A stretch of DNA of 64,000 nt from Bacillota bacterium (GCA_009773495.1 WSXW01000003.1:70551-134550); one strand, 5' to 3'; shown: positions 19,065-29,186, counted from the first letter of the stretch. The notes: a model not told the origin generated them from the sequence alone. Program-made: numbers and translations.

Positions 19065-20813
19065 TTACAAATTCCTTACGGCCTCCCGGCGCTCTTTCTC
19101 CACGATTCGCAGCAGCTCCGGCGCGGTGATTTCATCGATGATGTGCACGCTACCGCCGGCGGACTGAGCCAGGCGGTCGAGTAGCTTATGGTTAGGTTGC
19201 AGACCTACGCAGCAGAGGCTGAGGCCCGACTTACCGATAGTCTCGGCAACATCTAGCGCCTCTTGTAAGGGATCTCCGGTGTTCATAGCCATGGTGGGTA
19301 TGCCATCTGTTATGACTACCATCAAAGCTTGCTGTGGCGAGGAGTGCTTATTGACATACCGAGCGCCCTTAAACAATCCTGCCGCGAGCGGGGTGAGTCC
19401 GGAGGGCTTTATAGACTTTAGCCCCGCCCGTAATAGTGCCTGGTTGCGAGTAAAAGGCACTGCAATCTCTACTTTATCTTCTTGAAAGTAGATTACGGAG
19501 AGGCGGTCATCTGTAGAATGCACAAGATGCTCCGCCAGTACCTTGGCGGCCTTCATACGCTTGCCCATCATACTGGCACTGGAGTCAATCAGCAGGCAAA
19601 TATCCAAGCGACTGCGCCCCATGCGTTGTTCAAAGCGCAGATGATGTTTGTTTACGCTCCAGAACTTTTTCGCAATGCTTTCGTGCAAACTGTTAATAAC
19701 AGTCGGCACAATTGCTAAGGTGCCTGTATTTTCGGTTCGTCTCTGAATGGCCTGACGGCCTTTATTCCTGCGCTTAGAATAAGTAGCATGACCAAAACCT
19801 CTGGCTGCTGTAGCTAAGTTGCTATTGCCGCCTCGGTACTTTTGTTTAAGGTCGCATTCAATTTGGCGACCGCACTTGGTCAAGAATTCGTACAGTTGTT
19901 TACCGTCTGGAGTTAGGTAGTAACGGTCGTTGTTGCGATCCACATACCCGTATCCCTGTAATTTGTTCCACGCGTCAACTAGCTTGGGCTGAAACTGCCA
20001 GAAGTTTGGAGTATCGCTAGGAGCCGGGGCACCTCTTTTATTAATGTTAGGGTGCGCGTTGCTGAGCAATTGCTTTAACTCCGTTACGTCATCCAGTTCC
20101 TCGATAATTTCGGCGATGTCAAGCATCTGATGCCGATAGAAATCGTCGTCACTACCGTCCTTGGTCTGTCTCGATTCCTTAATAAACGAATCTGTGTAAG
20201 CACTGTAGGCAGATAAGTCCTGCTTAGTATTGGGATCCGCCAGGTTGTGTTTAATGTGTTCGATTTTACGTAGTTCAAAGCCGCATGACTTAATGGCGCA
20301 CTCCGCTTGCTCAATTAAAAAAAACACCAAGGCTATATTATTCGATGGGAGCAACAGTGATAGATGTACATGGTTTTCGTGCGATTTTCTAAGACTTTCT
20401 TTGAGCCCATAGGACAGCTTACCAGTAACACGGCCTCCCCCGCTTCCGGTTTGCACATCAATGTAATTGGCTAGGGCATAAATCTCTCTGCCGATGTTAA
20501 AGTGCATACCATAGTTCGTAGCTACTGCCCGCGTATAGCTATCTACTGCGGCGCGGGCGGCTTCTGCCACGGGTTTTGGATTCATGCGACCGAGGGAGTG
20601 AAAAATATCTAAGTGAACTACTTCGTTAAGCTTAGTGCGCCTATAGAACACCTTACCTGCATCGGCGTTTTGAATAACACACACGCTCTCTGGCTGACAG
20701 GGGTCAATGGTGTGTACCTTGCGGCTAACCACAGCAGTCTCGCCCACTCGGCAACCCTGTTCTTTGCTGAGCAATGTTAACAACTGCTTGGCGGAATTGA
20801 AGTGCGAACTCAC
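19065..20813 (-). CDS. vWA-domain protein (ChlD/BchD-like C-terminus) with a large unassigned N-terminal region
   Basis: C-terminal DICLLIDSSASM...TDG MIDAS-type vWA domain. The N-terminal ~390 aa has no clear match but contains IDVQTGSGGGRVTG. The stop overlaps the upstream ATPase gene. Confidence 0.6.
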   Translation of the reverse strand: MSSHFNSAKQLLTLLSKEQGCRVGETAVVSRKVHTIDPCQPESVCVIQNADAGKVFYRRTKLNEVVHLDIFHSLGRMNPKPVAEAARAAVDSYTRAVATNYGMHFNIGREIYALANYIDVQTGSGGGRVTGKLSYGLKESLRKSHENHVHLSLLLPSNNIALVFFLIEQAECAIKSCGFELRKIEHIKHNLADPNTKQDLSAYSAYTDSFIKESRQTKDGSDDDFYRHQMLDIAEIIEELDDVTELKQLLSNAHPNINKRGAPAPSDTPNFWQFQPKLVDAWNKLQGYGYVDRNNDRYYLTPDGKQLYEFLTKCGRQIECDLKQKYRGGNSNLATAARGFGHATYSKRRNKGRQAIQRRTENTGTLAIVPTVINSLHESIAKKFWSVNKHHLRFEQRMGRSRLDICLLIDSSASMMGKRMKAAKVLAEHLVHSTDDRLSVIYFQEDKVEIAVPFTRNQALLRAGLKSIKPSGLTPLAAGLFKGARYVNKHSSPQQALMVVITDGIPTMAMNTGDPLQEALDVAETIGKSGLSLCCVGLQPNHKLLDRLAQSAGGSVHIIDEITAPELLRIVEKERREAVRNL

Positions 20814-22186
20814 AGCAGGTCACCTTCGCTACGGACGCGATCAGCGTACGGGATTTCAGCAAGCCCCCTAGCAACATGAGGAGGGGCTACCATCTGGATT
20901 TTCTCCGGGGATATATCACTGAGCGCCCGTGCCGCGTCGTTAACGTTACGTCTGTTTTGTAATCCGGGCTGGATGTAATCTGGTACATGCGGGCCGCCCG
21001 GTTGGCCGCTACTCTGATTCAGTTGGTCCGCGCGAGGTTCCTTAAAGGCATTAAAAAATCGCGTAAATAAGCTGCCCGACTTAATGCTGTCTAGGGCATT
21101 TTCACGCTTGAACTCAGGGAGCGGCCCGGAACTACTGGGGGTGAATAGAGGGGTTACTTTCTGCTTGAGACTACTCAATATATCTGCTAGGATTTCAGGA
21201 CTGACGCGGTGGCGAAGAGCCATATAGACGCCGACAATGATGTCCTCTTTATCTGCGTGCAAGGCGCCGCGCCAGGCGCAATTCATACGCGCGGTAAAGA
21301 GAATCGACTCTGCCGCTCGAAGGCTCTCCAGGGCATAATCTATGTAGATCTTGGCAACTAAGTTGACCATCTCTTGCGAAACTTTTACTAGCCCTATGGC
21401 CTGTTCTCTATTGGCTAGAGTATTGGCAGAGTCTTTTGGTCGCGTCGTTAGGCTGCCAGTATAGGGCTCAGAGGATAGCGCTAATACATCAACGAGCGTA
21501 CTGATTTCGCTAGGTCTCTTAACACCAACACATATATCAAAACGGTCGGAGAGTTGCCGCCTAATGCCGTCTAAGGGCCCGGGGTCTTCGTCAGGGTTTG
21601 ACGCTGCCCACACAGTCACTTTTAGAGGCAACTCGACCAGAGGCAGACCTGTCTCCTCTATTTGCAGACGGCCAGGTTTCGTACCCATGACATCGAGTAG
21701 GACATCTGCTATTTCTGGCGAGGTGTCTGCCAAACGATTGATTTCATCTACCAGCACTATGCCCCGATGCGCCTGTGCTAAAATGCCTGGTAGTAAAGCG
21801 GCCTCTGGCCCATTGCGATCTGTCAGCCGATTTAGATCAATGCTGCCCACTACAGTAGCAATCTTAGCGGAGTGAGATATCTCTAGGTAGGGCATAGAGA
21901 TACTCTCTGTCCCTATGACCGCCAGTTCTTCGGCATTGAGACCGCGATGTGACGGGCAGTGGGGGCTACCCGGGTCGCAGTTGTAAAGACAACCACTGAT
22001 CCTCATGATTTTAGGGGTAATTTCGCGTGCAGCACGCAATACACTGGTTTTGCCGGTGCCGCGCAGCCCCTCTGCGTGTAAGTGCAAAGGGGTGGGGCTG
22101 GACGCTGCTAAAATAGACAGTTCGATGGCATGAAACAGCGCTTCGTTTTCAGAGTGTCTAATCAGTCGATGATACGACTTGTGCAT
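20810..22186 (-). CDS. ChlI/BchI-like (Mg-chelatase family) AAA+ ATPase with a C-terminal extension
   Basis: GLRGTGKTS Walker A, a CLYNCDPGSPHCP Zn-finger-like insert, VLVDEINR Walker B, and a ~110-aa extension. GGGAGGG RBS upstream. Confidence 0.65.
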   Translation of the reverse strand: MHKSYHRLIRHSENEALFHAIELSILAASSPTPLHLHAEGLRGTGKTSVLRAAREITPKIMRISGCLYNCDPGSPHCPSHRGLNAEELAVIGTESISMPYLEISHSAKIATVVGSIDLNRLTDRNGPEAALLPGILAQAHRGIVLVDEINRLADTSPEIADVLLDVMGTKPGRLQIEETGLPLVELPLKVTVWAASNPDEDPGPLDGIRRQLSDRFDICVGVKRPSEISTLVDVLALSSEPYTGSLTTRPKDSANTLANREQAIGLVKVSQEMVNLVAKIYIDYALESLRAAESILFTARMNCAWRGALHADKEDIIVGVYMALRHRVSPEILADILSSLKQKVTPLFTPSSSGPLPEFKRENALDSIKSGSLFTRFFNAFKEPRADQLNQSSGQPGGPHVPDYIQPGLQNRRNVNDAARALSDISPEKIQMVAPPHVARGLAEIPYADRVRSEGDLL

Positions 22187-22266
22187 AATTAAATCCCTCC
22201 CACAGCCACTTCCCCTGCTAGTTTTAACCTAAGCACCGGAAAAAATGACTCTATGAGAGGAATAAT

Positions 22267-22965
22267 TCAATGAGTATCTGATGCGAGTATATGTAAGGCC
22301 AAGCTCACTAGGTGCTGTGGCGGGATGTTTTTTTTGTGGGTCTGCTTTTCGAAAAATGCGCCAAGGTTTTTGAGCTTTAGCACCGTAACATCGCTTGAGG
22401 AATACCGCAGACGTATGTTGGGACCTGAGAAGACAAGCACTGGCTCTACCCACAGACCATCTTCGCCTGCTTCCCAGTATTCGGGCCTACTTGCTAATAG
22501 TTTGCGGAGTGCCTTAGTATGCTCACGCGTCTGGCGGCCGGGAGAGTAAATTTTGTTCTGACCATTTTGGGTGTAGTGAATACAATGATCATCTTTGCCT
22601 GTCACTGTACCTCCGTAGTTCTTGGTCTCTATGCAAAACACTCCGTATTCCGCGATTACAATATGGTCGATCTGAGCAGTTCCGCCTTCCTTAGGTATAG
22701 TCAGGTCGTTAAGGATATAGACTTCGCCGGGTAACTTCTCGAGTAGGTCTATGACCTGAGTCTCCCCTGTAGCCCCTGCTCCCCAAATCTTGCCCCGCTG
22801 AAAGTAGGCCGCCGAGGCCATGAAAACCAAAGCTGCTATAGCTACACCTATTTCGCTGCCAGAGAGTATTGCGCCCCAGCCTACGATAAAGAATATTAGC
22901 GCCGTACGGAAATAACGGTCGCGGCGGCGACTGAGAGAATTCATACTTTTTAGGACCTTTGCCAC
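22267..22965 (-). CDS. membrane-anchored NERD-domain nuclease-like protein
   Basis: Two N-terminal TM helices, then the NERD motif IDHIVIAEYGVFCIETKNYGG. Confidence 0.65.
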   Translation of the reverse strand: MAKVLKSMNSLSRRRDRYFRTALIFFIVGWGAILSGSEIGVAIAALVFMASAAYFQRGKIWGAGATGETQVIDLLEKLPGEVYILNDLTIPKEGGTAQIDHIVIAEYGVFCIETKNYGGTVTGKDDHCIHYTQNGQNKIYSPGRQTREHTKALRKLLASRPEYWEAGEDGLWVEPVLVFSGPNIRLRYSSSDVTVLKLKNLGAFFEKQTHKKNIPPQHLVSLALHILASDTH

Positions 22966-22982
22966 CGGACCACCTCCTGTCT

Positions 22983-25193
22983 TTACAACTCCACCCTCAC
23001 CAAGTCCCTGTCAATCAGGTTCATGCAGCGCGTGATTTTTTCGGCTAGGTGGGGTACATCTTTTAGAGCATGGCGCATTTGACGCAGTAAGTCAATTTCT
23101 CGCCGTAATAGAGCGACGATGTCTCCCTCATCTAAGTTGCATTGATCTAAAATAAAGCGTAGCTCCTCACCGTTAGCCCACAAATAACCAATTGGCGCTA
23201 GGTAACTGGTGTACACTATTTCTGCTGCAATGGCTCGATCGATTCGTAATCGATTAATAAAGCTAAACCACTTTTGAAGCTTCAGACTTTCTACCGGGAG
23301 CACTGTATCGAACTTCCGCCACGGATAATCCACACCTAGAAGCAAGGCCACAATCTCTGCTTCGGAGAGTTCCTCTAGCATTCCGGCAAAGACTAAGTCG
23401 GTAATCAGTAACTCCTGAATGTAAATCTGTGCTGCCATATCGCCGCGCGGCAACAGCTCTCCACCCTCTACGTACTGCAGACGTTCCAAAATCGTGACTT
23501 TGCGTTCAAACGCGTCAATATGAGTATCTCGCGAGGGTATCTTGTTTAGCTCGTCCTTGACTAAATTCAGATGATAGAGCATCTGGTTGTAGCGCTTTTT
23601 AAGCTTACTACAGTTAGTACGTTTATTAGGTGGACATTGTTTCGTAGAAGTTTCATCTAAGGAGAGCTTAAGTTCGGAGTGCTTCACACGCAAAGCAGCA
23701 TCCCGGTACCGAGACCGTTTCAGTAGATTTTCGTAGCTCCTGAGCTTATGGGTCTTTTGTAGATGAGTAACGGGGCACCAGATCTCATTAATCTGATCGC
23801 ATACGTATTCCTCGAGTTCACATTTCTCACTGAGAACTTCATTATACCTTGCCTCGAAGATACGCCGATCTCGGCTTGACAAGAAGCTAGCAAAGCTCTG
23901 TGTGAGAATGCGACTTCTATGTTCAGGAGAGACGTATTTTAGTAGATTGAGTACGGAATTAAACGTAAGGCGGAATTGGCTGTTAAGGCGCTCCAAGGGT
24001 TTGTCTGCATAATTCTCTAACCTGCCCTGAGTATTTGTCACGAGGGTAAATACGGAGCCAGACTCATCCATTCCCCGCCGCCCCGCTCGACCCGCCATTT
24101 GGTAATACTCTTGGGCTTTAAGAGGTCGCACGTTTTTACCATCGTACTTACGCTGACCATCGAAGCAAACCGAGCGGACAGGGTAGTTAATTCCGACGGA
24201 AAAAGTCTCGGTACAATAAAGTATCTTAATTAACTTTTGCCCGAATAGCTCTTCGACCATATCCTTGAGGATGGGTAGCAACCCAGCATGGTGATAGCCT
24301 ACCCCGCGCCTCAGCACCGTTCGCAGTACCCGGAAGTCTCCACTCGACGCAATTCCTGTCACGGCACTAAATCGAGCGATAGTTTCTTCGACCTCGCCCA
24401 ACTCTTGACGTGTTAGCAACTGAAATGCTTGAGCCGAGTCGCGGGCTTTTTCAGAGCACTGTCTGCGGCTAAACACAAAAAAGAGCGCCGGCAGGTGACG
24501 ACTCCTGAGGTACTTGATGAGGTCCAGGTGGTCAATTTGCCCCCGCTCAGGCTTTGCTACTAGTTCTAGCTTGCCGCATGGCACCACCGCCTGTTTTCCT
24601 GCCTCATCAAGCATAAAGTAGTAGTGATCGAGCGGCACCATACGTCTCGTTTCTACGACAATTGCAAATTCTTCTTGCCTAACTTCAGACAGCCAAGCAG
24701 CCAATTGGTCTAGGTTACCGATGGTAGCCGACAAACCTAGAACTCGTATATGCGGCGGGGCAAAGATAACACTCTCTTCCCAAGCAACGCCACGCTCGCT
24801 GTCTATATAGTGAATCTCGTCGAAGATAATGTAGGAAACATCCTGCACAAAGGGCTCCTGGGCTAGGACCATGTTGCGAAAAATCTCCGTCGTCATAATT
24901 AGGCAGTCCGCCCGAGGGTTAACATTTACATCCCCGGTTACAATACCTACGCGTTCTTCCCCGAATCGCTGCTTAAACTCTTTGTATTTCTGGTTGCTCA
25001 ACGCTTTAATAGGAGCGGTATATACGACTTTCTGACCCTGCGATATGATCTGTTCGACCAAGAAATCCGCGACTAGTGTCTTGCCCACACCGGTAGGTGC
25101 GCTGACAATTACCGATCGTCCTTGAGTAATAAGATCGATAGCTTGTCGTTGGAAAGGATCAAGTTCATAGTTCATATATCTTGTGAGTGTCAT
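22983..25193 (-). CDS. Ski2-like SF2 DEAD/DEAH-box helicase
   Basis: APTGVGKT Walker A, DEIH box, the FVFSRRQCSEKA motif, and a C-terminal Ski2/DSHCT-like region. Start is at MTLTRYMNYELDPFQ, with GAGGA 9 nt upstream. Confidence 0.7.
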   Translation of the reverse strand: MTLTRYMNYELDPFQRQAIDLITQGRSVIVSAPTGVGKTLVADFLVEQIISQGQKVVYTAPIKALSNQKYKEFKQRFGEERVGIVTGDVNVNPRADCLIMTTEIFRNMVLAQEPFVQDVSYIIFDEIHYIDSERGVAWEESVIFAPPHIRVLGLSATIGNLDQLAAWLSEVRQEEFAIVVETRRMVPLDHYYFMLDEAGKQAVVPCGKLELVAKPERGQIDHLDLIKYLRSRHLPALFFVFSRRQCSEKARDSAQAFQLLTRQELGEVEETIARFSAVTGIASSGDFRVLRTVLRRGVGYHHAGLLPILKDMVEELFGQKLIKILYCTETFSVGINYPVRSVCFDGQRKYDGKNVRPLKAQEYYQMAGRAGRRGMDESGSVFTLVTNTQGRLENYADKPLERLNSQFRLTFNSVLNLLKYVSPEHRSRILTQSFASFLSSRDRRIFEARYNEVLSEKCELEEYVCDQINEIWCPVTHLQKTHKLRSYENLLKRSRYRDAALRVKHSELKLSLDETSTKQCPPNKRTNCSKLKKRYNQMLYHLNLVKDELNKIPSRDTHIDAFERKVTILERLQYVEGGELLPRGDMAAQIYIQELLITDLVFAGMLEELSEAEIVALLLGVDYPWRKFDTVLPVESLKLQKWFSFINRLRIDRAIAAEIVYTSYLAPIGYLWANGEELRFILDQCNLDEGDIVALLRREIDLLRQMRHALKDVPHLAEKITRCMNLIDRDLVRVEL

Positions 25194-25373
25194 TATTGTC
25201 ATTCCTCGCCTAAGTAATATCCCTATTATTGTTTCGCCATGCTGGATTCTATTTCCTCTAAAAAGGCCCGCCTTAGCGGCTTTGTGGCCCCGCCTTTTAG
25301 CCTTTTTCAGACAACCATTTTTCATGCGGCAAATGTGATATACTAAGATTATATTCAAATCAAGAAACAGAGG

Positions 25374-26648
25374 TTGTCGATAATGCAAATCAACACGTTT
25401 ATGGAAATGGTCTTCTTGGTATTACTCATCACGGGCTCAGCCTATTTTTCTGCCATGGAGACTGGCCTAATGACATTAGGACGTTTGCGGGTGCGCCATC
25501 TCGTAGAACAACAAACAAGAGGAGCACAAAGAGTGGAGCGTCTTTTATCCAACCCCGGGCGGTTGCTGGGAACGCTACTCATAGGAAACAATATGGTCAA
25601 TATAGCAGCTACTAGTATCGGCACCCTCTTGGCCATATCGTATTTTGGCGAAGCGACTGGGGTGGTGGTTGCTACAGTAACGATGACAGTGATTATATTG
25701 ATTTTCGGAGAGATCACACCCAAGACCTATGGCATGCAGCATAGCCAATACCTATCCTTACGTTGGTCAGGCCCACTCAGTGGATTGTACTTGGTCCTAG
25801 GGCCGTTATCGAGCCTCTTAGAGTTTGTCTCTCGTTCGATTTTGCGCCTGCTAGGGGTACATGCTTCGGCCTCTGCACCGACTTTTAGTGAGGATGAGTT
25901 AAGGACTCTAGTCACTGTGGGTCAAGAAGAAGGAATACTGCAGATAGAAGAAAAAGACATGATTACTAGCATTATCGAATTTGGAGATACACTAGTAAGT
26001 GAGATAATGACCCCGCGTACCGAAGTAGTACGGGTAAGTACTGGAATTACCTATACGGAATTGCTAGATATCCTGCGACGGGACAATTTTTCTCGCGTAC
26101 CCATTTACGAAAACGGAATTGATGACATTGTAGGTATCCTCAATGTAAAGGACTTGCTAGGCGTTACACCAGATGCCTTTGTGATCAAGCAGCTCCTGCG
26201 ACCGCCATATTTCGTGCCTGAGTTTAAGAGAGTCAGCGAGCTCTTAGCTGAATTTAAGCGCAAGAAACTCCATATAGCCATCGTAGTCGACGAATATGGC
26301 GGCACTGCTGGCATCATTACCTTAGAGGACTTAGTAGAGGAGATTATCGGTGAGATTGCTGATGAGTACGATGTTGACGAAGAGCCTCAATTTACCTACA
26401 TTGACGAAAACACTATTGAATTAACGGGGTCGTTACACGTTCGTGAGGCCGCAGAAATTATTGGCAGGGATTTGCCCGAGGGAGAGTACGATACGGTTGG
26501 TGGTATGCTGATGTATACTTTAGGCACCGTACCTGTATTAGGGCAAAATGTGGAGATTAGTAACCTCAGTTTTACGATTCAGAAAATGGATGGTTCGCGG
26601 GTGGATTCCGTACTAGTACGCCTGAACACAATAGGGACTGACTCATAA
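25374..26648 (+). CDS. HlyC/CorC (CNNM) family transporter, DUF21 plus CBS pair plus CorC_HlyC
   Basis: N-terminal 4-TM DUF21, two CBS domains, and a C-terminal transporter-associated domain. Length is 424 aa. Confidence 0.8.
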   Translation: MSIMQINTFMEMVFLVLLITGSAYFSAMETGLMTLGRLRVRHLVEQQTRGAQRVERLLSNPGRLLGTLLIGNNMVNIAATSIGTLLAISYFGEATGVVVATVTMTVIILIFGEITPKTYGMQHSQYLSLRWSGPLSGLYLVLGPLSSLLEFVSRSILRLLGVHASASAPTFSEDELRTLVTVGQEEGILQIEEKDMITSIIEFGDTLVSEIMTPRTEVVRVSTGITYTELLDILRRDNFSRVPIYENGIDDIVGILNVKDLLGVTPDAFVIKQLLRPPYFVPEFKRVSELLAEFKRKKLHIAIVVDEYGGTAGIITLEDLVEEIIGEIADEYDVDEEPQFTYIDENTIELTGSLHVREAAEIIGRDLPEGEYDTVGGMLMYTLGTVPVLGQNVEISNLSFTIQKMDGSRVDSVLVRLNTIGTDS

Positions 26649-26663
26649 GCGTGAGTCAGTCCC
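26634..26663. terminator. 12-bp-stem hairpin at the CorC 3' end (bidirectional terminator candidate)
   Basis: GGGACTGACTCA-taagcg-TGAGTCAGTCCC. Confidence 0.5.
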
Positions 26664-26763
26664 TTCCTCGTGGGTGCCTCCTAATTTCATCGCCACCTAG
26701 TCTAAGTCCCAAATGAAAGTCATATTGTTAAATGGTATTCTCAAACGGAGGTGGCGCGTAATA

Positions 26764-27024
26764 ATGAACATGGCACGAGCCTTGTTGCAGGGGCTAAAAG
26801 GTCGAGAGATTTCAGCCACATATATTAGTCCTGAGCTTACCCTGTGCTTCCAAGCGCGAGTTGAGACAGTGCTAGAAACAGCTACTAATGAGGTTGCCTT
26901 ACTTCTATCACAAGGTGGCCGGATTATCGCTACTGGTGCAGGACCACGTGCTTCCGGTAATGGACTGATTTTAGACATTGCGCCCGGAAAGAAACTCTAC
27001 CTCAACGATAGTTTACCCGAGTAG
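26764..27024 (+). CDS. small hypothetical protein (86 aa)
   Basis: GGAGGTGG RBS 9 nt before the ATG of MNMARALLQGLKG. It is convergent with, and overlaps the 3' end of, the 27013..27564 gene. The antisense 26697..26978 ORF is low-complexity. Confidence 0.35.
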   Translation: MNMARALLQGLKGREISATYISPELTLCFQARVETVLETATNEVALLLSQGGRIIATGAGPRASGNGLILDIAPGKKLYLNDSLPE

Positions 27025-27564
27025 TAGTTCAAGCTTTATCCGAGTAAGAGTTTCATCACACGAGGCAGTAAGTGGTACTACAGCGGCCTTAGCTACAGCC
27101 TGTGAGTAAAGTCGCATCAGGGTTCCCTGATCGTTAATCACGGCAGACATGGCCCCCCCAGCAAATTCGGAAGAGGCCAAGCGGCCTAAAGCACTTTCAA
27201 TGCGGCGAACAGCAGCACCGGAGAGCGAACGCTTAACTAGCCGCAGGTCGTCTGCAAACTCTCCGGTGTCCTTTCCTAAGGCCGACATCAGTAAACATAA
27301 GCCCATGCGCAAAAATAGTGTGTCTAAGAGCCATTTCTCCAATGGTTGTACCGTAGTGGATAAAAAACTAGCCAAGCTACCTGCAGCAGCGAGCCTAACA
27401 GTCAAAGGGAGTTCTGCGTCCCCGGCCAAGGCATAGAGGGACGTAATATCTTGTTGTAGACAACCCATCCGCCCAACAAGCACCCTACATAGCATCCTGT
27501 TTACCCCCTTACATAAGTAACCATGATACTTTATGCGGGGGCGGCTAGCTTTAGACTTGCCCAT
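27013..27564 (-). CDS. hypothetical protein
   Basis: 183-aa ORF whose start overlaps the Nudix gene stop (operon position). No recognisable motif. Confidence 0.4.
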   Translation of the reverse strand: MGKSKASRPRIKYHGYLCKGVNRMLCRVLVGRMGCLQQDITSLYALAGDAELPLTVRLAAAGSLASFLSTTVQPLEKWLLDTLFLRMGLCLLMSALGKDTGEFADDLRLVKRSLSGAAVRRIESALGRLASSEFAGGAMSAVINDQGTLMRLYSQAVAKAAVVPLTASCDETLTRIKLELLLG

Positions 27565-28141
27565 TCTCCAATTTTGGAAGAATTAGCTGAGACCAGCTCT
27601 CCAACTCGTTAAACCGTGCCCTGAGCTCGCTGATACAGAGGAATGCTCCCGTCATCATGTCAGTCTCGCGAATTTCTACTAGTCCCTGTACGTTTAACAA
27701 ATATACGCAGCCAAGGTGATCTCGGCTAACGGCTGTACTGTCGTCGTTAATAAAACCCACAAAGTGCAAAAGGTCGTGTTCGAAATTTTGAATGTATACC
27801 TCTTCTTCTACCTCACGAGTTGCTGCTCGCATGATAACCACCTCGTCCATAGGGCCGTCGCAAGGGTTGATGTGCCCGCCCACGCCGCATGAAAGTTTCA
27901 TATGTAAGCGGGATTCAGACTGGGCTTTGAGGCGTTGCATGGTAAGTACCAAACCGCTCTGCAATACTACAACATAGGGGATCAACTGCCTATAGCGCGG
28001 ATCGCCTTCAGCTAGATTCCTCTCGAGATACTGTGCGCCAACCAAAATAGCCTCTAGCTGTGCTCTGTCCCCGGCTACAAACCCAGTTTGGCTCAAGAGA
28101 CCTTGCACTTGCTCATTTGGCACTACTAACACATGCTCCAT
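27551..28141 (-). CDS. Nudix hydrolase
   Basis: Nudix box GGHINPCDGPMDEVVIMRAATREVEEEVYI (Gx5Ex7REVxEE). Confidence 0.6.
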   Translation of the reverse strand: MEHVLVVPNEQVQGLLSQTGFVAGDRAQLEAILVGAQYLERNLAEGDPRYRQLIPYVVVLQSGLVLTMQRLKAQSESRLHMKLSCGVGGHINPCDGPMDEVVIMRAATREVEEEVYIQNFEHDLLHFVGFINDDSTAVSRDHLGCVYLLNVQGLVEIRETDMMTGAFLCISELRARFNELESWSQLILPKLENGQV

Positions 28142-28150
28142 AGTAGCCTC

Positions 28151-29167
28151 CTATAGTTTCTCTAAATACAACGTAAGCTCTTCTCGGTTGTGCCACAGGT
28201 GGCGTCCGCGTTTAAAAACAAAGCTGGACCGGAGAATGCTCAAGCACTCCCGAACAGTAGGCAATGGAGATTGGCCCATAAACTTGACCGTTAATACTAG
28301 CTTGCCCCCTGTACGAAGAGCCCTAGATAAGTCGACGACCAGCTGGGCTGTGCGCAGTGGGTCCCAACTCATATCGCAGGTGATTATATCCAAACTGTTA
28401 CGAATAAGCCTCAGATCAAAGGCATTTTGCCGAAGATACGTGAGATTCCGGTGCTTAAGCAACTCGGGATGCAGATCACCCGTGTCCACAGCTGTTACAT
28501 TAAGGCCGCGCTTTAAGAGCAGCGCAGTCCACCCACCCGGTGCAGCACCTAAGTCTAGCGCAGTTTTACACCTGCTGATATCGACCTCAAGTACTTCGAG
28601 AGCTTCTTCTAGCTTGTGCTGGGCACGGCTAAAGCTGTTCTTGGCAGCGCCATAGTGAACGGCTCCCCCACTCCACCGAGTGAGATTTGCTGACGGGGTA
28701 GAGTATCCTATGTATGCTTTGTCTGCGATTACTAGGCTTACCACAAACTGTGGTTCCTTAGTTTCGGGGACACCGCCTCGCCCTTGAATGGACTCATCTA
28801 AGTACTGTTTTACCTCAATGGCGCGGTAAGAGACGCTTTCAGATAGCACGCGGCACTGCACCCCAACCTTATAACCCTCGAGGTCGTCGGGCATTACCGC
28901 ACAGGCAGCAGCTCCGACGTCTGACACGGAATCAATAGGCGAGGTCTTATGTATAGCAAAGACATGGCGCAGAAATAAGGGTGTATTTTCAAGCAGGCCA
29001 GTTAAAAGCTGCGCGTTGCCCTCCAGCCTGTCCACTTCAAGTACCCCAGGACTAACCGTACTAATCTGGATATTGCCTTGCTGAGTACGCACTTCCTCGC
29101 AAAGGGTTTGCCTAAAGCGAGGGTCGCAACTTAACATAAGGCCCAAAATCTTAGCCACATTAATCAC
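28151..29167 (-). CDS. RlmM-like FtsJ-family RNA 2'-O-methyltransferase with an N-terminal THUMP-like domain
   Basis: SAM motif LDLGAAPGGWT. The C-terminal pattern DIITCDM...VKF...HLWHNREELT parallels RlmM. Confidence 0.6.
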   Translation of the reverse strand: MINVAKILGLMLSCDPRFRQTLCEEVRTQQGNIQISTVSPGVLEVDRLEGNAQLLTGLLENTPLFLRHVFAIHKTSPIDSVSDVGAAACAVMPDDLEGYKVGVQCRVLSESVSYRAIEVKQYLDESIQGRGGVPETKEPQFVVSLVIADKAYIGYSTPSANLTRWSGGAVHYGAAKNSFSRAQHKLEEALEVLEVDISRCKTALDLGAAPGGWTALLLKRGLNVTAVDTGDLHPELLKHRNLTYLRQNAFDLRLIRNSLDIITCDMSWDPLRTAQLVVDLSRALRTGGKLVLTVKFMGQSPLPTVRECLSILRSSFVFKRGRHLWHNREELTLYLEKL

Positions 29168-29186
29168 CTACCACTGATGATTATAA

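Noticed and set aside
19065-22186. ChlI/ChlD pair as genuine magnesium chelatase (bacteriochlorophyll synthesis)
   Set aside because: - No H subunit or other bch/chl genes.
- The vWA protein's N-terminus is not the AAA-like domain of ChlD.
- The operon partners are a helicase and a nuclease.
26697-26978. 93-aa minus-strand ORF
   Set aside because: - Low-complexity S/R/P-rich sequence with no RBS.
- The opposite-strand ORF has a strong RBS.
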